Positions 35,030 to 45,525 of a stretch of DNA of 48,513 nucleotides are shown here, one piece after another. The stretch is from a virus (taxonomy: Duplodnaviria; Caudoviricetes), in IMG/VR virus record IMGVR_UViG_3300011336_000437, positions 1 through 48,513 of that record; one strand, given 5' to 3'. Position 1 is the first letter of the stretch; the number at the start of each line of letters is the position of its first letter. Position numbers and translations under genes: made by a program. The notes under the pieces are model-generated. The model did no database searches and was not told the DNA's origin. It worked only from the letters and a program-made list of their open reading frames with translations.

Positions 35030-36199
35030 CTAGATATACTTCTTCATTGGTTGAATCATATCGCTCTCGTATGTTTTCATAGACGTGATAGTTAATTTAA
35101 ACTCATCAAGTTCAAGATGTCCTATTCTTCCAGAATCTTTTATTATCTCTGGAAATTGTTGAACTATAGAAGTATGATCTTGCGTTAATTTTTTAAAGTC
35201 AAATTCTATTAGTATGTCGTTATTCTTTTCTGCTGATGTGAGAGCGATTCTTTCGTGTAGATTAAAATTAGTATTGGGTTGTTCGTACTTAAAATAATCA
35301 TCGATGATACTTTGATCTTCTACGTAGATATTTGTACACATAGGTTCCAAAAAAGCCATAGCTTGTAGTGTACAATTTTTTACCACGAATCCTATGTTGT
35401 ACTTTGGTTTTATTATAGGATGTTGAAACTCATCGTTTTTAATCCAAGATCCCCACTTACGTAGATACTCTCTAGCCGCGCGTTGAGAAGCATTCTTAAA
35501 GTAATCATCGTCTTTACCTACTTGATCTGTCCAGCGATGCCCTCTGCATGTTAAGTGATATACAAAAGCATCTCTTGACTGGATTAATTTGTATCCGCTT
35601 AAGATCCATCTTTCAAATATGTCAGAGTCTTCATAAGGAAATGGAGCAAATATATGATCATGTCCTCCCATTGCCAAAAAGTCATCTTTATAAATGATCC
35701 AAGGCGCAAACATACCTTTAGAAGTTTCGTCTTTATTTATCTCTTGCTGTTTTAAGCAAAACTCTTCGAACGCTGGAATATTTAGATCATCAAAATCTAG
35801 ACCAAAGTTTTGTATGATCTTCTCGTTTCCTGGTGGGTGCAGAGGCGGTTCTATTCTAGTTCCTGCTACTACTGTCCCCTTTTTAAGGTGCTTTAGCATA
35901 TTTTCAACATAGTTAGGTCCCATGATCATGTCTGCATGCATTATACCAACTATATCATTTGTTGCATGATTTATTCCAACATCATATAAAATTGTGTGAC
36001 CAAGTCTTTCATTTGAGATTTTAAGAACAACTAGATTATCATCGTTAGGTCTAAGACCTTGCATCCAGTCCCAAGATTTATCAGTAGAAGCATCATCTAT
36101 TAAGATGATCTCTACTTCAGGAGCATGCTTACGGATGCTAGCGTATGCATTCTTTAAATGCTTAAGATTGTTATGACTGGGAATAATTAGACTAATCAT
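35030..36199 (-). CDS. Glycosyltransferase family 2
   Basis: LIIPSHN, IDDASTD, HADM, EDSD. Confidence 0.88.
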   Translation of the reverse strand: MISLIIPSHNNLKHLKNAYASIRKHAPEVEIILIDDASTDKSWDWMQGLRPNDDNLVVLKISNERLGHTILYDVGINHATNDIVGIMHADMIMGPNYVENMLKHLKKGTVVAGTRIEPPLHPPGNEKIIQNFGLDFDDLNIPAFEEFCLKQQEINKDETSKGMFAPWIIYKDDFLAMGGHDHIFAPFPYEDSDIFERWILSGYKLIQSRDAFVYHLTCRGHRWTDQVGKDDDYFKNASQRAAREYLRKWGSWIKNDEFQHPIIKPKYNIGFVVKNCTLQAMAFLEPMCTNIYVEDQSIIDDYFKYEQPNTNFNLHERIALTSAEKNNDILIEFDFKKLTQDHTSIVQQFPEIIKDSGRIGHLELDEFKLTITSMKTYESDMIQPMKKYI

Positions 36200-37331
36200 A
36201 TTTTAGCTTTATTTTTTCTGGTTTTTTGTCTTTTGTTGTAAGTATCATTCCATTAACTTCGTAAGTTTGATTTGGCTCTGCTCCTTCTAATACTTCCTCT
36301 ATGTTAGAAATAAGTTGTTGAAAACTTTCAACTTCTGATCTATTGGAAAAATTAACTTCTAATATAATATCGTTACTTAGTTCTTTAACGAATTTACTAG
36401 CAATATCAAACTTAGAATTTGGTTGTACTTGATTTATGTAATCTAAGAAATCAATATCTACTTGTAAAGAATTAAAATATGGTTCAAATCCTAAAATTCC
36501 TTGAGGACAATTCTTAGCTTTTAGTCCTATATCGTATTTTACATTAGGTCTTGGTTCACATGGTCCGTACTCTTTAAAAAATCCTCCCCACTTTCTAATG
36601 TATTCTACCATAGAGATTTCATTATTCTTTAGCCAGAGATCATCTTTCTTTTGAAAGTCTTCCATTTTTTCTGCTCCTAAAAACTGTCCACCTCTACAGG
36701 TTAAGTGATACACTAAACTGTCCCAAGACTGCACCATCTGATATCCTGCAAGCACAAACCTTCTAAACAGATCAGCATCTTCAAACACTGAAAGGAATAT
36801 AGGATCGTGTCCTAAATGATCCCTACGATCTATTAGCCAAGGAGCAAAAGAAGATCCTGTAGTTTTTCCTTTGTTATCTGTACTAAATTTATTAACGAAC
36901 TCATCGAACTCTTTCCATTTAAAATCTTCAGGCCACATACCAAAGTCCTTGACTATTTTCTCTGGACCTGGCGGATGTAATGGCGGTTCTATTCTTGTAG
37001 AGCACACAACTGATCCTCTCTTGTGATGCTTGACTAAGTTTTTGTCTGCATCTATACCTAATACCATGTCTGCATGAAAAGCTACCACTAAATCGTGTTT
37101 AGCTTTTTTGAATAAAGTATCGTAAGCGTATCCTATTCCTTTACATGCTCCGCTATCGTTAAGTATGTATTTTATTCTATTCTCTTTTAGCCACTCGCTT
37201 GTTCTATCGTCATCTTGATCTACGTACACAAGTATTTCGTTGTCTTTGTAGTGACTATTCTTCTTTATTGATTCTATTGCTAGCTTTACGTATCGAAGGT
37301 TATTTTTTGATGGGACGCAGTATGTAATCAT
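36192..37331 (-). CDS. Glycosyltransferase family 2, paralog of 35030..36199
   Basis: Shared HADM, TRIEPPLHPPG.EKI, YHLTCRG. Confidence 0.85.
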   Translation of the reverse strand: MITYCVPSKNNLRYVKLAIESIKKNSHYKDNEILVYVDQDDDRTSEWLKENRIKYILNDSGACKGIGYAYDTLFKKAKHDLVVAFHADMVLGIDADKNLVKHHKRGSVVCSTRIEPPLHPPGPEKIVKDFGMWPEDFKWKEFDEFVNKFSTDNKGKTTGSSFAPWLIDRRDHLGHDPIFLSVFEDADLFRRFVLAGYQMVQSWDSLVYHLTCRGGQFLGAEKMEDFQKKDDLWLKNNEISMVEYIRKWGGFFKEYGPCEPRPNVKYDIGLKAKNCPQGILGFEPYFNSLQVDIDFLDYINQVQPNSKFDIASKFVKELSNDIILEVNFSNRSEVESFQQLISNIEEVLEGAEPNQTYEVNGMILTTKDKKPEKIKLKYD

Positions 37332-38179
37332 TTGAAAAGATGATTGTATTTTTGTCTATTATTTTTTATGTAATCGGGTAAATTTATGTCTTCTATTACG
37401 CAAGAAAATGGACGACCTAAAACATCTTCTCCTCTCTCTAGTCTTTTAGACACTAAATCTTTAACTTGATCGTTGTTATACTCTTGGTGACCAAAGTTTT
37501 CTAATTTAGTTTTTATCCTCTCTAATCCTCCTTGATAAGTAAAGTGCCAACCACCGTTTTCTACGATTACATGTTTTGTTTTTGCTACTGTATCAAAGTG
37601 ATTAGCACTAGCGTTTTTAATATTTCTATACTTTGTGTAATAAGTGCCTATCCATTCTTCGCTGCTTCTTAAATTTAAAAAAGCCATGTGAACGTTTTGT
37701 CTTAATTTACGTACGCTAAAATCGTCTATTTCGTAATTAACTTCAGGATTCCATATCTCATCTACATCTGATACGAAACATACGTCATCGTCTTGCAAGT
37801 TTGCCATCAGCATTCCTCGTCTTACACTTTCATGCTGATAGAATTCTCTTAGCCACTGAGTCTCTCCTGGAGGAACGTTAGACGTAGTAAGACAGTACAT
37901 AAGTATATTTTTTTCTAACTCATCTTTTGGCGATAAAAATCTTTGTTGAGCTTCTTCAAAAGAATTTGGAGTATCTTCGACTACGCAATGAACTATCTTA
38001 TGATTAAACTTTTCAAATCTTTTTTTGTTTTCTTCGTAAAACAGTGGCTTTTCTTTTCCAGAGTGACTTACCGTAGACTCAACTAAAATAAAAGTATCTA
38101 CTTTATCGTTTAGAGTATTTAACCTAATTTCTAGTATGTCTAGTTCATTAAAAAATATAAAAGAATCTGTAACTTTCAT
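37328..38179 (-). CDS. GT17-like beta-1,4-N-acetylglucosaminyltransferase
   Basis: FFNELDILEIR, VES..SHSG..KPL, SDVDEI, GGWHF. Confidence 0.85.
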   Translation of the reverse strand: MKVTDSFIFFNELDILEIRLNTLNDKVDTFILVESTVSHSGKEKPLFYEENKKRFEKFNHKIVHCVVEDTPNSFEEAQQRFLSPKDELEKNILMYCLTTSNVPPGETQWLREFYQHESVRRGMLMANLQDDDVCFVSDVDEIWNPEVNYEIDDFSVRKLRQNVHMAFLNLRSSEEWIGTYYTKYRNIKNASANHFDTVAKTKHVIVENGGWHFTYQGGLERIKTKLENFGHQEYNNDQVKDLVSKRLERGEDVLGRPFSCVIEDINLPDYIKNNRQKYNHLFK

Positions 38180-38182
38180 TAA

Positions 38183-39097
38183 TTATTGTTTGTATGATTG
38201 ATAGTATTCTGGATGATCTAACTTGTATAATTCAAACTCTCTTTTACACTCGTCGTAACTTTGTAGATTTCCTTCTCTATCCATGTATATAAAATCTCTA
38301 CACAAATTTGCTCCTGTAGCCCAATATCCATCAGATACATTATGTCGAGCCCAATACTTTGGAGCTATTATTAACTTAGCTTCTTCGTTAGTCAAAGCTG
38401 GGAAGTACGCAAAACTTGAGTTTGATAGAATTAACCATCTTGCGTTTTTAACGATAGCATAATCTTTACCAACATCAAAATGATACACGTTATCTGCCAA
38501 TTCTGGAAGCAATCTTTTTGCCATATCAGGATTTTCTGTTATGATCAAAAACTGCATGTTTGGATTTATTTTTAGCATCTGATATATGCATCTAACCCAG
38601 TAGTTTCTAGGCAAAAACAAAGTTTCGTCTCCTTCATAATCTCTGATATTTAGAACGCAAATGTTGTCGTCTGTAAAGTCTTTACAGTCATGCTCGGGTT
38701 TTAGTTTTAACCACTTCTTTATATCTTCTTTCCTATGGTATATGTAATCTTCTGATTGCATCGTGCCATACAATTCGCTATTATCTGGAACATTTGGTAA
38801 ATTAAGATCTGCTAATCTTATGTCGCAACCTAAAGTAGAATCATGATGACTATGATCTAATTTGATTCTTACTTCTTTCTCTTTGTACAGATTGGTTATT
38901 TTAGATTCATCTACTGGCTCTCCTAAATAAAGATCCATAAAATATAATCCTTGATCGTTGTATCGTCGATCTCCTAAATTTTCTATTCCTAACAATCCAA
39001 AATCTACTCCTCGATCTGCTGCTATAACTCGCGTAGTAACATATACGTGCAACTGATTGCCTAATCCTTGTCCATGCAATAATTTTGTCAATATCAT
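38183..39097 (-). CDS. GT11-like (alpha-1,2-fucosyltransferase-like) glycosyltransferase
   Basis: GQGLGNQL, QSEDY, ILSNSSF, IIAPKYW. Confidence 0.8.
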   Translation of the reverse strand: MILTKLLHGQGLGNQLHVYVTTRVIAADRGVDFGLLGIENLGDRRYNDQGLYFMDLYLGEPVDESKITNLYKEKEVRIKLDHSHHDSTLGCDIRLADLNLPNVPDNSELYGTMQSEDYIYHRKEDIKKWLKLKPEHDCKDFTDDNICVLNIRDYEGDETLFLPRNYWVRCIYQMLKINPNMQFLIITENPDMAKRLLPELADNVYHFDVGKDYAIVKNARWLILSNSSFAYFPALTNEEAKLIIAPKYWARHNVSDGYWATGANLCRDFIYMDREGNLQSYDECKREFELYKLDHPEYYQSYKQ

Positions 39098-39098
39098 T

Positions 39099-40439
39099 TT
39101 ATAAGATGTATTTATTTTTTCCGTGAAAGAGAAACGGTGCTATGCCTTTAGTTTCTGGTAGATCTGTTTCATGAGAAAAATATCTAGCTACGTCTATATC
39201 TGCGAACTTACATCCATGTTCTTTGTATATGTGTCTGTTGTTTACGCATATGAATCCGTCTTCACTATAATATCCATGAAACGCTTTCCATTCCAAATTT
39301 AACTCTTTTGCTAGATCTATTAGCTTTTTACTTCTTAGTGATACGCTATTTCCTACTCTTATTAATTCTCCATTAATATCTCTATAAGAAAAATTATCTT
39401 TAGGAATTGGCCACGGAGCGCCTATGTAATCGTAGTTAAAAAATTCTTCTCTCCATGAATTAGGATTTATTACAAATCCATCGCTGTGAATAAGTAACGC
39501 GAACTCTGTGTCTACGTAGTCTCCTAATTTGTAGATTATCGAATGATTCCAATCGTCTATGTTATTCATTCTTTCTATAGAGTGATACGATATTCCTTCT
39601 GGAAGATTCTCTGGCTTTTCATGACAAACTAATTTTACTGCTCCGTACTTTACATTTTTACAACTGTATTGCAATGCTTTGACATGACTCTCTATATCCA
39701 CAGAAGTAACCGCTATTAGTGTGACTCTGCTCAGATCTACTTGTCTTTCAAAAAATTCAATTGATCTTTCTACCTCTTTTTGCTTTCTTTGTTCTGATAG
39801 AGTATTGGTAGTTCGACCTTCGCCATTTCTGTTTATTACGCAGAGATCGTTTACTACGTGAGGAAGACCAAACTTATCATATAGAGTTTTATAGTATACA
39901 CAATCCACTAACCAATTATAGCTTTCGTCTACTAATATTGGATTTTCATTCTTTATAGTTAGTACAGTTGGACAGCTTATAGTGTTATATCCTGAATAGA
40001 TCTTATCGTTATATACAGGATACATTTGATCGTACAAAGTTTCTCCATCGTCTGTGTGAGCGCAACTCGTAACCAACCAATTTACGTCTTCTCTATCTTT
40101 TAAATATTCGTACAGTTTCATCATAGACTCTGTTCCAAATAAGAAATCGTCTTGAAACAAAATCTTTATGTATTTTCCTGTACTCTTGAGAATTGCGTTA
40201 TTTAAGTTGGGTCCTATGACTCCTCTTCCTATGTCGTTCTTGTAATATTTTACGTCTATGACTTGCCTCCACTGTTCGCACAGATTTTTAATGTCATCAT
40301 TCTGACTGTGATCAGATACGACTACTTCGAAGTCTGTAAAACTCTGTTGAGCAATTATGTTTAAAGAATAATCTAAGTACTCTACACCCTTTCCATTTAT
40401 CTCCCAAGTTGGAATCGCTATGCTAAAAAATTTACTCAT
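39099..40439 (-). CDS. GT2 domain fused to DUF5672-like domain
   Basis: VVSDHS, FQDDF; C-half IHSDGF, YDYIGAPW, VGN..SLRSK, EDGF, FHG. Confidence 0.8.
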   Translation of the reverse strand: MSKFFSIAIPTWEINGKGVEYLDYSLNIIAQQSFTDFEVVVSDHSQNDDIKNLCEQWRQVIDVKYYKNDIGRGVIGPNLNNAILKSTGKYIKILFQDDFLFGTESMMKLYEYLKDREDVNWLVTSCAHTDDGETLYDQMYPVYNDKIYSGYNTISCPTVLTIKNENPILVDESYNWLVDCVYYKTLYDKFGLPHVVNDLCVINRNGEGRTTNTLSEQRKQKEVERSIEFFERQVDLSRVTLIAVTSVDIESHVKALQYSCKNVKYGAVKLVCHEKPENLPEGISYHSIERMNNIDDWNHSIIYKLGDYVDTEFALLIHSDGFVINPNSWREEFFNYDYIGAPWPIPKDNFSYRDINGELIRVGNSVSLRSKKLIDLAKELNLEWKAFHGYYSEDGFICVNNRHIYKEHGCKFADIDVARYFSHETDLPETKGIAPFLFHGKNKYIL

Positions 40440-41263
40440 TCTTTTATCCAGTTTTCGCAGTATAAGTCGTTAGTGTTTTGATAGTGATATGCAGGTCCAA
40501 ACCATTTTTTTGGAGCTATTACTTTTTTGTATGGGTTGCTATTAAGCCATGCTGCCCACCAACTAAAACTGCTATTGGCAATTATATTGTGTTCGCACAA
40601 ACTCATCAAGCATAAGTCTACTTCTGGACTATTTCCTTCTATGAAAATAATATTCTCTGATTCTCCAAAAATATTCTTACAATACTCTATGTTGTCTGAA
40701 AAGATCACAAAGTAATAGTTATCATCTTTAAAGTGTTGAGTAGCTCTAATGTAATAATCAGCATCGCATATAGGATGAAAGTCTTGAAGTCCTATGTAGT
40801 CTCCCACTCTAATGTGCAAGCTTACGGTATCTGAATATACTTTTGGAAATTTCTCTAAAGCTTCTCTTTTTATCTCTGATTTAAAAGTAAATAGTTTCTT
40901 TATATCTTCTTTACAGTGCTCAAAGTATTTTTCAGTTTGATAATATCCTTTTAAGTTCGTATTATCAGGCACTTTAAAAAACTCTTCAGTAAAATGAAAG
41001 TGAGGCTCTTGAACTTCTTTATCGTAGAATATCTCAGATCTATTTTTAATTAACTCTTTTGGAATATCGAATACCGAAGGGATGTCGAAATACACTTCTC
41101 TTGTTACTCCATCTTTGAAATCTTCAACGCTTGCATTGCTTGTATTTTCTAATGGAAAAGCTACATCATATCCACATTTTTTTGCTATTCCGTAAGTAGA
41201 CGCAAATTGAAACATTTGATTTCCGATACGCCCGTGATGTCCTATGCCAGAGTAAGTTATCAT
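40436..41263 (-). CDS. GT11 alpha-1,2-fucosyltransferase-like
   Basis: GRIGNQMFQ, GYYQTEKYF, HIRVGDY, FSD, IANSSFSWWAAWL. Confidence 0.9.
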   Translation of the reverse strand: MITYSGIGHHGRIGNQMFQFASTYGIAKKCGYDVAFPLENTSNASVEDFKDGVTREVYFDIPSVFDIPKELIKNRSEIFYDKEVQEPHFHFTEEFFKVPDNTNLKGYYQTEKYFEHCKEDIKKLFTFKSEIKREALEKFPKVYSDTVSLHIRVGDYIGLQDFHPICDADYYIRATQHFKDDNYYFVIFSDNIEYCKNIFGESENIIFIEGNSPEVDLCLMSLCEHNIIANSSFSWWAAWLNSNPYKKVIAPKKWFGPAYHYQNTNDLYCENWIKE

Positions 41264-42075
41264 ATTAGTTCATGTATTGCTTGAAATACTGATCTGCTTG
41301 GTTTAAATCCTAAGTGAGTTATTTTACTAACTTCTAAATACATGGACTCTACTTGTACTATTTTGTGAAAATCTGTTGGTTTCATAGATCCTATCTTACT
41401 TGTAGAATTTAGCTCTTTATGTAAGTATTGAATGATATCTCTGAAAAGAATTGGTTTACTTCCTGATCCTAAATTATATATCTCTGAATCTTTTCCGTTA
41501 TCTATTACAAATTTAATCCCGTCTATAGCATCTTCTACATGAAGTATGTCTCTATAAAAATTACCTTCATTGTAAAGATTAATGTCTCGATTCTCTTGCA
41601 TTTCACTTATAAGAAACTGTAGTGCATTCTTTTTCTTTGAAATTTTACCGTCTCCCTTTCCAACTATGTTAGAGAGTCTGACGATTTTATATTTCATATT
41701 AAAAGTCTTAAAATAGGATTCTATAAGCTGTTCAGCAGTTCTTTTTGTTATAGAATAAAAACCTTTAGGTTTGCAATCTGAATTCTCTGAAGCTGGTAGT
41801 GGCACGTCTCCATACACAAACCAAGAACTTACAAAGATGAATTCGATATCTTTTCCTTTTATAGATTCTAACACTTTCATTAGATGAATAAGATTAGTGT
41901 TTATATCTACATAAGGATCAGTTAATACGTTGTAGTTGTCTACAGTACTTATTAGGTAAAGAATCTTAGTCGTTCCTTCTGGTGGAGCTATATCCTGTCT
42001 AGGTACGACTATGCAATCGTACTTTTGACAGAATTTAGATCCTATAAAACCAGTGCCTCCGTATACGGCTATCAT
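41260..42075 (-). CDS. NAD-dependent epimerase/dehydratase (extended SDR)
   Basis: GGTGFIG, SSWFVYG, YSITK, RDILHV. Confidence 0.9.
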   Translation of the reverse strand: MIAVYGGTGFIGSKFCQKYDCIVVPRQDIAPPEGTTKILYLISTVDNYNVLTDPYVDINTNLIHLMKVLESIKGKDIEFIFVSSWFVYGDVPLPASENSDCKPKGFYSITKRTAEQLIESYFKTFNMKYKIVRLSNIVGKGDGKISKKKNALQFLISEMQENRDINLYNEGNFYRDILHVEDAIDGIKFVIDNGKDSEIYNLGSGSKPILFRDIIQYLHKELNSTSKIGSMKPTDFHKIVQVESMYLEVSKITHLGFKPSRSVFQAIHELI

Positions 42076-43364
42076 GGTTTAAATTTTTTAACCACTTCTT
42101 CTATGTATTCAAATACTGGTTCCGTGTAGTGAGGAGCGGCTCCTATAAAAAACACTTTGTCTAATACTTTATTCGCTTCAGGATAGTTTCTATAATCATC
42201 TAATGATTCGTATCCAGGATGCAATAGGATATTGCCAGCGAAGTAGTTTCTTGTTTGTATTTTGTTATCTTCAAGATGTTTTACTAGCTTTTGTTTTAGT
42301 CCTGGTTCTTCACAGATAAATGGAGTTCCAAACCAACAAGGATCTGCTTTTTCTAATGTACTTGGAGCTCTTAATCCGACTATATTGTCAGTAAATATTT
42401 CAGTTATCTGCTCTTTAGATACTCTTCTATTTGCTTCTATCTCTTCTAACTTTAAGATTTGTTCGACTCCAATTGCGCCTTGAAGATCTAGTGGTTTCAA
42501 GTTGTATCCCATGTTAGAAAACACATACTTATGATCGATTGTACCATCATAGTTAGGAAGCCAATTACTAAACCTACACTTACAAGTTCCGTTGCTTAGT
42601 AGATTTGCTGATCCTATGCAATAGCAATCTCTTCCCCACCAACTAATGCTCATGAATAGCTTTTTTAATTCTTCATCATCACTGCATACCATTCCGCCTT
42701 CTCCTGTAGATATGTGATGAGCCGGATAAAATGAATTAGCAAACGCTACATAATACTCGTTTAAGTATTTTCCATCCCATTTTGATCCTAAACTATCGCA
42801 ATTATCTCCTATCAATTTAATTCCGTACTTTTCTGCGATTGCCATAAGCCTATCCATGTCAGGAGGATTTCCTAATACTGGAGAAATGAAGATACCTTTT
42901 GTTCTGCTTGTTATCTTCTTTTCTACTTCGTTAAGATCGAAATTAAGCGTATCCCATTCGATATCAGCAAATACAGCTTTTAACCTATTTTGATGCAAAA
43001 CTGAAACTGTGGTTGCGAATCCTACTGGAGAAACTATGATCTCATCGTCATCATTCCATCCAAATCTTTTTTTCAACGCTGCGATAAGCACTAAATTTGC
43101 AGAGCTACCACTATTTACCATATGAGAGTATTTAACGTTGAACTTTTTGCTAAACATGTGTTCGAACTTAAATACTTTTTCTCCAGCTGTTATCCACTTT
43201 CCATTCAAAAATGAATCCATTGCCGCTTCTACTTCTTTGTGATCCCAGTACATTCCTGAATAGTAAATCGGAGTGATTCCAGGAATGAACTCTTTTGAGT
43301 TATACATGTAAGGAGAAACGTGATTTGCTCCTATTAATGCTTTAATGTTCTCTATTTTTATCAT
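42072..43364 (-). CDS. DegT-family NDP-4-keto-6-deoxysugar 3-dehydrase (RfbH/DdhC-like)
   Basis: VNSGSSANL, DNCDSLG, SFYPAHHISTGEGG (His at the Schiff-base Lys position), GRDCYC...TCKC Fe-S-type cysteines. Confidence 0.85.
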   Translation of the reverse strand: MIKIENIKALIGANHVSPYMYNSKEFIPGITPIYYSGMYWDHKEVEAAMDSFLNGKWITAGEKVFKFEHMFSKKFNVKYSHMVNSGSSANLVLIAALKKRFGWNDDDEIIVSPVGFATTVSVLHQNRLKAVFADIEWDTLNFDLNEVEKKITSRTKGIFISPVLGNPPDMDRLMAIAEKYGIKLIGDNCDSLGSKWDGKYLNEYYVAFANSFYPAHHISTGEGGMVCSDDEELKKLFMSISWWGRDCYCIGSANLLSNGTCKCRFSNWLPNYDGTIDHKYVFSNMGYNLKPLDLQGAIGVEQILKLEEIEANRRVSKEQITEIFTDNIVGLRAPSTLEKADPCWFGTPFICEEPGLKQKLVKHLEDNKIQTRNYFAGNILLHPGYESLDDYRNYPEANKVLDKVFFIGAAPHYTEPVFEYIEEVVKKFKP

Positions 43365-43376
43365 ATATCTATTTTA

Positions 43377-44057
43377 TTATTTAAAGTTAGGATTGAATAT
43401 ATAGCATTCTAATCTTTCTATTATCCAAGGAGAGTGCTCTTCTTGTAATAATAAATCAATAATCTTTTTATAAAAATTTTTAGATCTTAGTTGAGCGTGA
43501 TTTTTAGTTATTCCAAAATGCCCTCCTGGCATAAATTCATAATGACTTGGAACTGAGCATTCAAAAAACATAGACCAATATTTATCTACATTTATGTTTG
43601 GATTGGCGTCTTGAGGAGATCCATTACTACTACAAATTAAAACTCTTCCATCTCCATGATGATTAGATGGACTTAGATTCCACATGATTCCTCCTTTTTC
43701 TGATGGGACTGTTATTGTATTGTAATGAAAGCCATAATATCCATCTATTTTTAATTGAGCAGTTATTTCATAAAAATCAGGATTATCTTCGTTTATCACA
43801 TGTACTATATTCTCCCAATGATCAAAAGGATAGTCTTGAGCAAAAAATGTATAGTCAGAAAGATTATCGTAATTTGTATAAATGTGATTGAAGAAAGTAT
43901 GAACACATCTACCTTTGTTAGGAGTTAGAATAATTTCGCTTTCTCTTTGTTTAGAATTTTCTCCTTTTCTATAGACTGTAACTTTTACTTGTTTGTCTAT
44001 TCTATCTATCCAACTATAGTCTTTATCATATGCGGCTATAACTAATTCTCTTGTCAT
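43377..44057 (-). CDS. DUF3431-like protein
   Basis: LVIAAY, NKGR..HT...HI..NYDNL.DYTFF.Q..PFDH, LER. Confidence 0.7.
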   Translation of the reverse strand: MTRELVIAAYDKDYSWIDRIDKQVKVTVYRKGENSKQRESEIILTPNKGRCVHTFFNHIYTNYDNLSDYTFFAQDYPFDHWENIVHVINEDNPDFYEITAQLKIDGYYGFHYNTITVPSEKGGIMWNLSPSNHHGDGRVLICSSNGSPQDANPNINVDKYWSMFFECSVPSHYEFMPGGHFGITKNHAQLRSKNFYKKIIDLLLQEEHSPWIIERLECYIFNPNFK

Positions 44058-44689
44058 ATTGTTTCGTAAAAATTATTTTGTTTCTCTTGCCTCTCTATTG
44101 TTTTAGGATGATGTAAGCACAAATTCATTTCTTCTATTTCTGGTAGATAACTCATTCTTTGGTATCCAGAAATATATTCATGAACATTTCTTCGCCACTT
44201 AATATCATTATTCCTTTTATATATCCTCATTTGATAATCAGGCCAATTAACTAGCATGTTTTCATTAACTTGCCATCTCCACTTATCAATATGTTCTTGA
44301 GTTAATCCAGTAACTGTATTTTTTCTAGGTACTACGAATAGATCAACTCGATCATTTGATTCTATTATAGAGTGAATATTATCTAAAAGAGTGTCATCAG
44401 GAAATTCATCTGCATCTATTTGAAAGATAAAGTCTTTAGTACAATGAGTATTTGCATTGTTCTTAAAAGTTGCAAAGTCTTTATTTAGCGGGAATTTTAC
44501 CAGTTTAATTCCAGAGCTCATGTTCTGCTCTTGAGCTACTACCTCTAATACTTCTTTAGTAACATTTGATGAGTCAACCTGGATCACTATTTCATCTTGT
44601 GGCTTTATTTTTTTGCACAGTATTGATAAAAGATTATGTAATTCTTTATGCTCATTGCAAGCTGTAACACAGTAAGAAATTGAAACCAT
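44054..44689 (-). CDS. Glycosyltransferase family 2
   Basis: TACNE, DFATFKN, FQIDADE, WPDYQMR, VHE. Confidence 0.85.
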   Translation of the reverse strand: MVSISYCVTACNEHKELHNLLSILCKKIKPQDEIVIQVDSSNVTKEVLEVVAQEQNMSSGIKLVKFPLNKDFATFKNNANTHCTKDFIFQIDADEFPDDTLLDNIHSIIESNDRVDLFVVPRKNTVTGLTQEHIDKWRWQVNENMLVNWPDYQMRIYKRNNDIKWRRNVHEYISGYQRMSYLPEIEEMNLCLHHPKTIERQEKQNNFYETI

Positions 44690-44699
44690 TGTTTATTTT

Positions 44700-45140
44700 T
44701 TAAAGATCAACACCAATAAATTCTAAGGCAGATAAATAGTCGTTACCAAAATCTGTTAAAGTGCTTGAATCAGATTTATGAGTCTTATCTTTAAACTTAG
44801 GATTCTTTTTTTCTTCTTTGGTAAGCTTAACGCTTTTGATAGCAGACCATTGAGCTTCTTCTGCAGAAGATCCATTAAGAAACACTGTGCCTCTGTCTTG
44901 GATGTTCACTACGTTTGGATACCATACTCTTTTTAGATCGTCTACTTTTTTTGTGTCTACATAGAGTTGAGGCATTTCTTTTTCGTACTCTTCAAAGTCA
45001 AACTCTTTCTCTATCATTAAGTCGTTAGTAGCAAAGCCGCAACCTAAGCATAAATAAGAATTATGAAACTCGTTGATCGCTGTGGTATATACTGCCCCTT
45101 TTTGTAGGCAAATTGGACAGTCTGTTAGTTTATCAGTCAT
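44700..45140 (-). CDS. Zinc-ribbon protein
   Basis: CPIC ... CLGCG. Confidence 0.7.
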   Translation of the reverse strand: MTDKLTDCPICLQKGAVYTTAINEFHNSYLCLGCGFATNDLMIEKEFDFEEYEKEMPQLYVDTKKVDDLKRVWYPNVVNIQDRGTVFLNGSSAEEAQWSAIKSVKLTKEEKKNPKFKDKTHKSDSSTLTDFGNDYLSALEFIGVDL

Positions 45141-45519
45141 TTAGTTGTTGTTTTTTATTTTTACTTTCTGCTGTACTATTTGTAAAATATCCGAATCCTT
45201 CTGGATAGTTAGTATAGTGCCAGCATCCCATTTTATCGTTCCATACACTATTTGTGGAAGTAGTACCATGTAGCATAGGTGAACCAGATCCTGATGCAGT
45301 TATTGTTCCAGTTGGTGGCGCAGTCAAATTAGGATTATAACTTGGCGTCCAACTAGGATGATAATCATCTATCTCAACATCTATTCCAGGATTGTCATCA
45401 TAATCTTCTACATCTTCTAATACTTCTTTGATGCGATCCCACTGCTTTGGTGTGGCAGTGTAATCATTACAAGCTTCTGTGAATCCTTTAAACCAAATTA
45501 CAAAATCTCTTGAAGTCAT
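45133..45519 (-). CDS. Hypothetical phage protein (F..WFKGF...QW..IKE type)
   Basis: 128 aa ORF. Confidence 0.75.
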   Translation of the reverse strand: MTSRDFVIWFKGFTEACNDYTATPKQWDRIKEVLEDVEDYDDNPGIDVEIDDYHPSWTPSYNPNLTAPPTGTITASGSGSPMLHGTTSTNSVWNDKMGCWHYTNYPEGFGYFTNSTAESKNKKQQLND

Positions 45520-45525
45520 AATAAT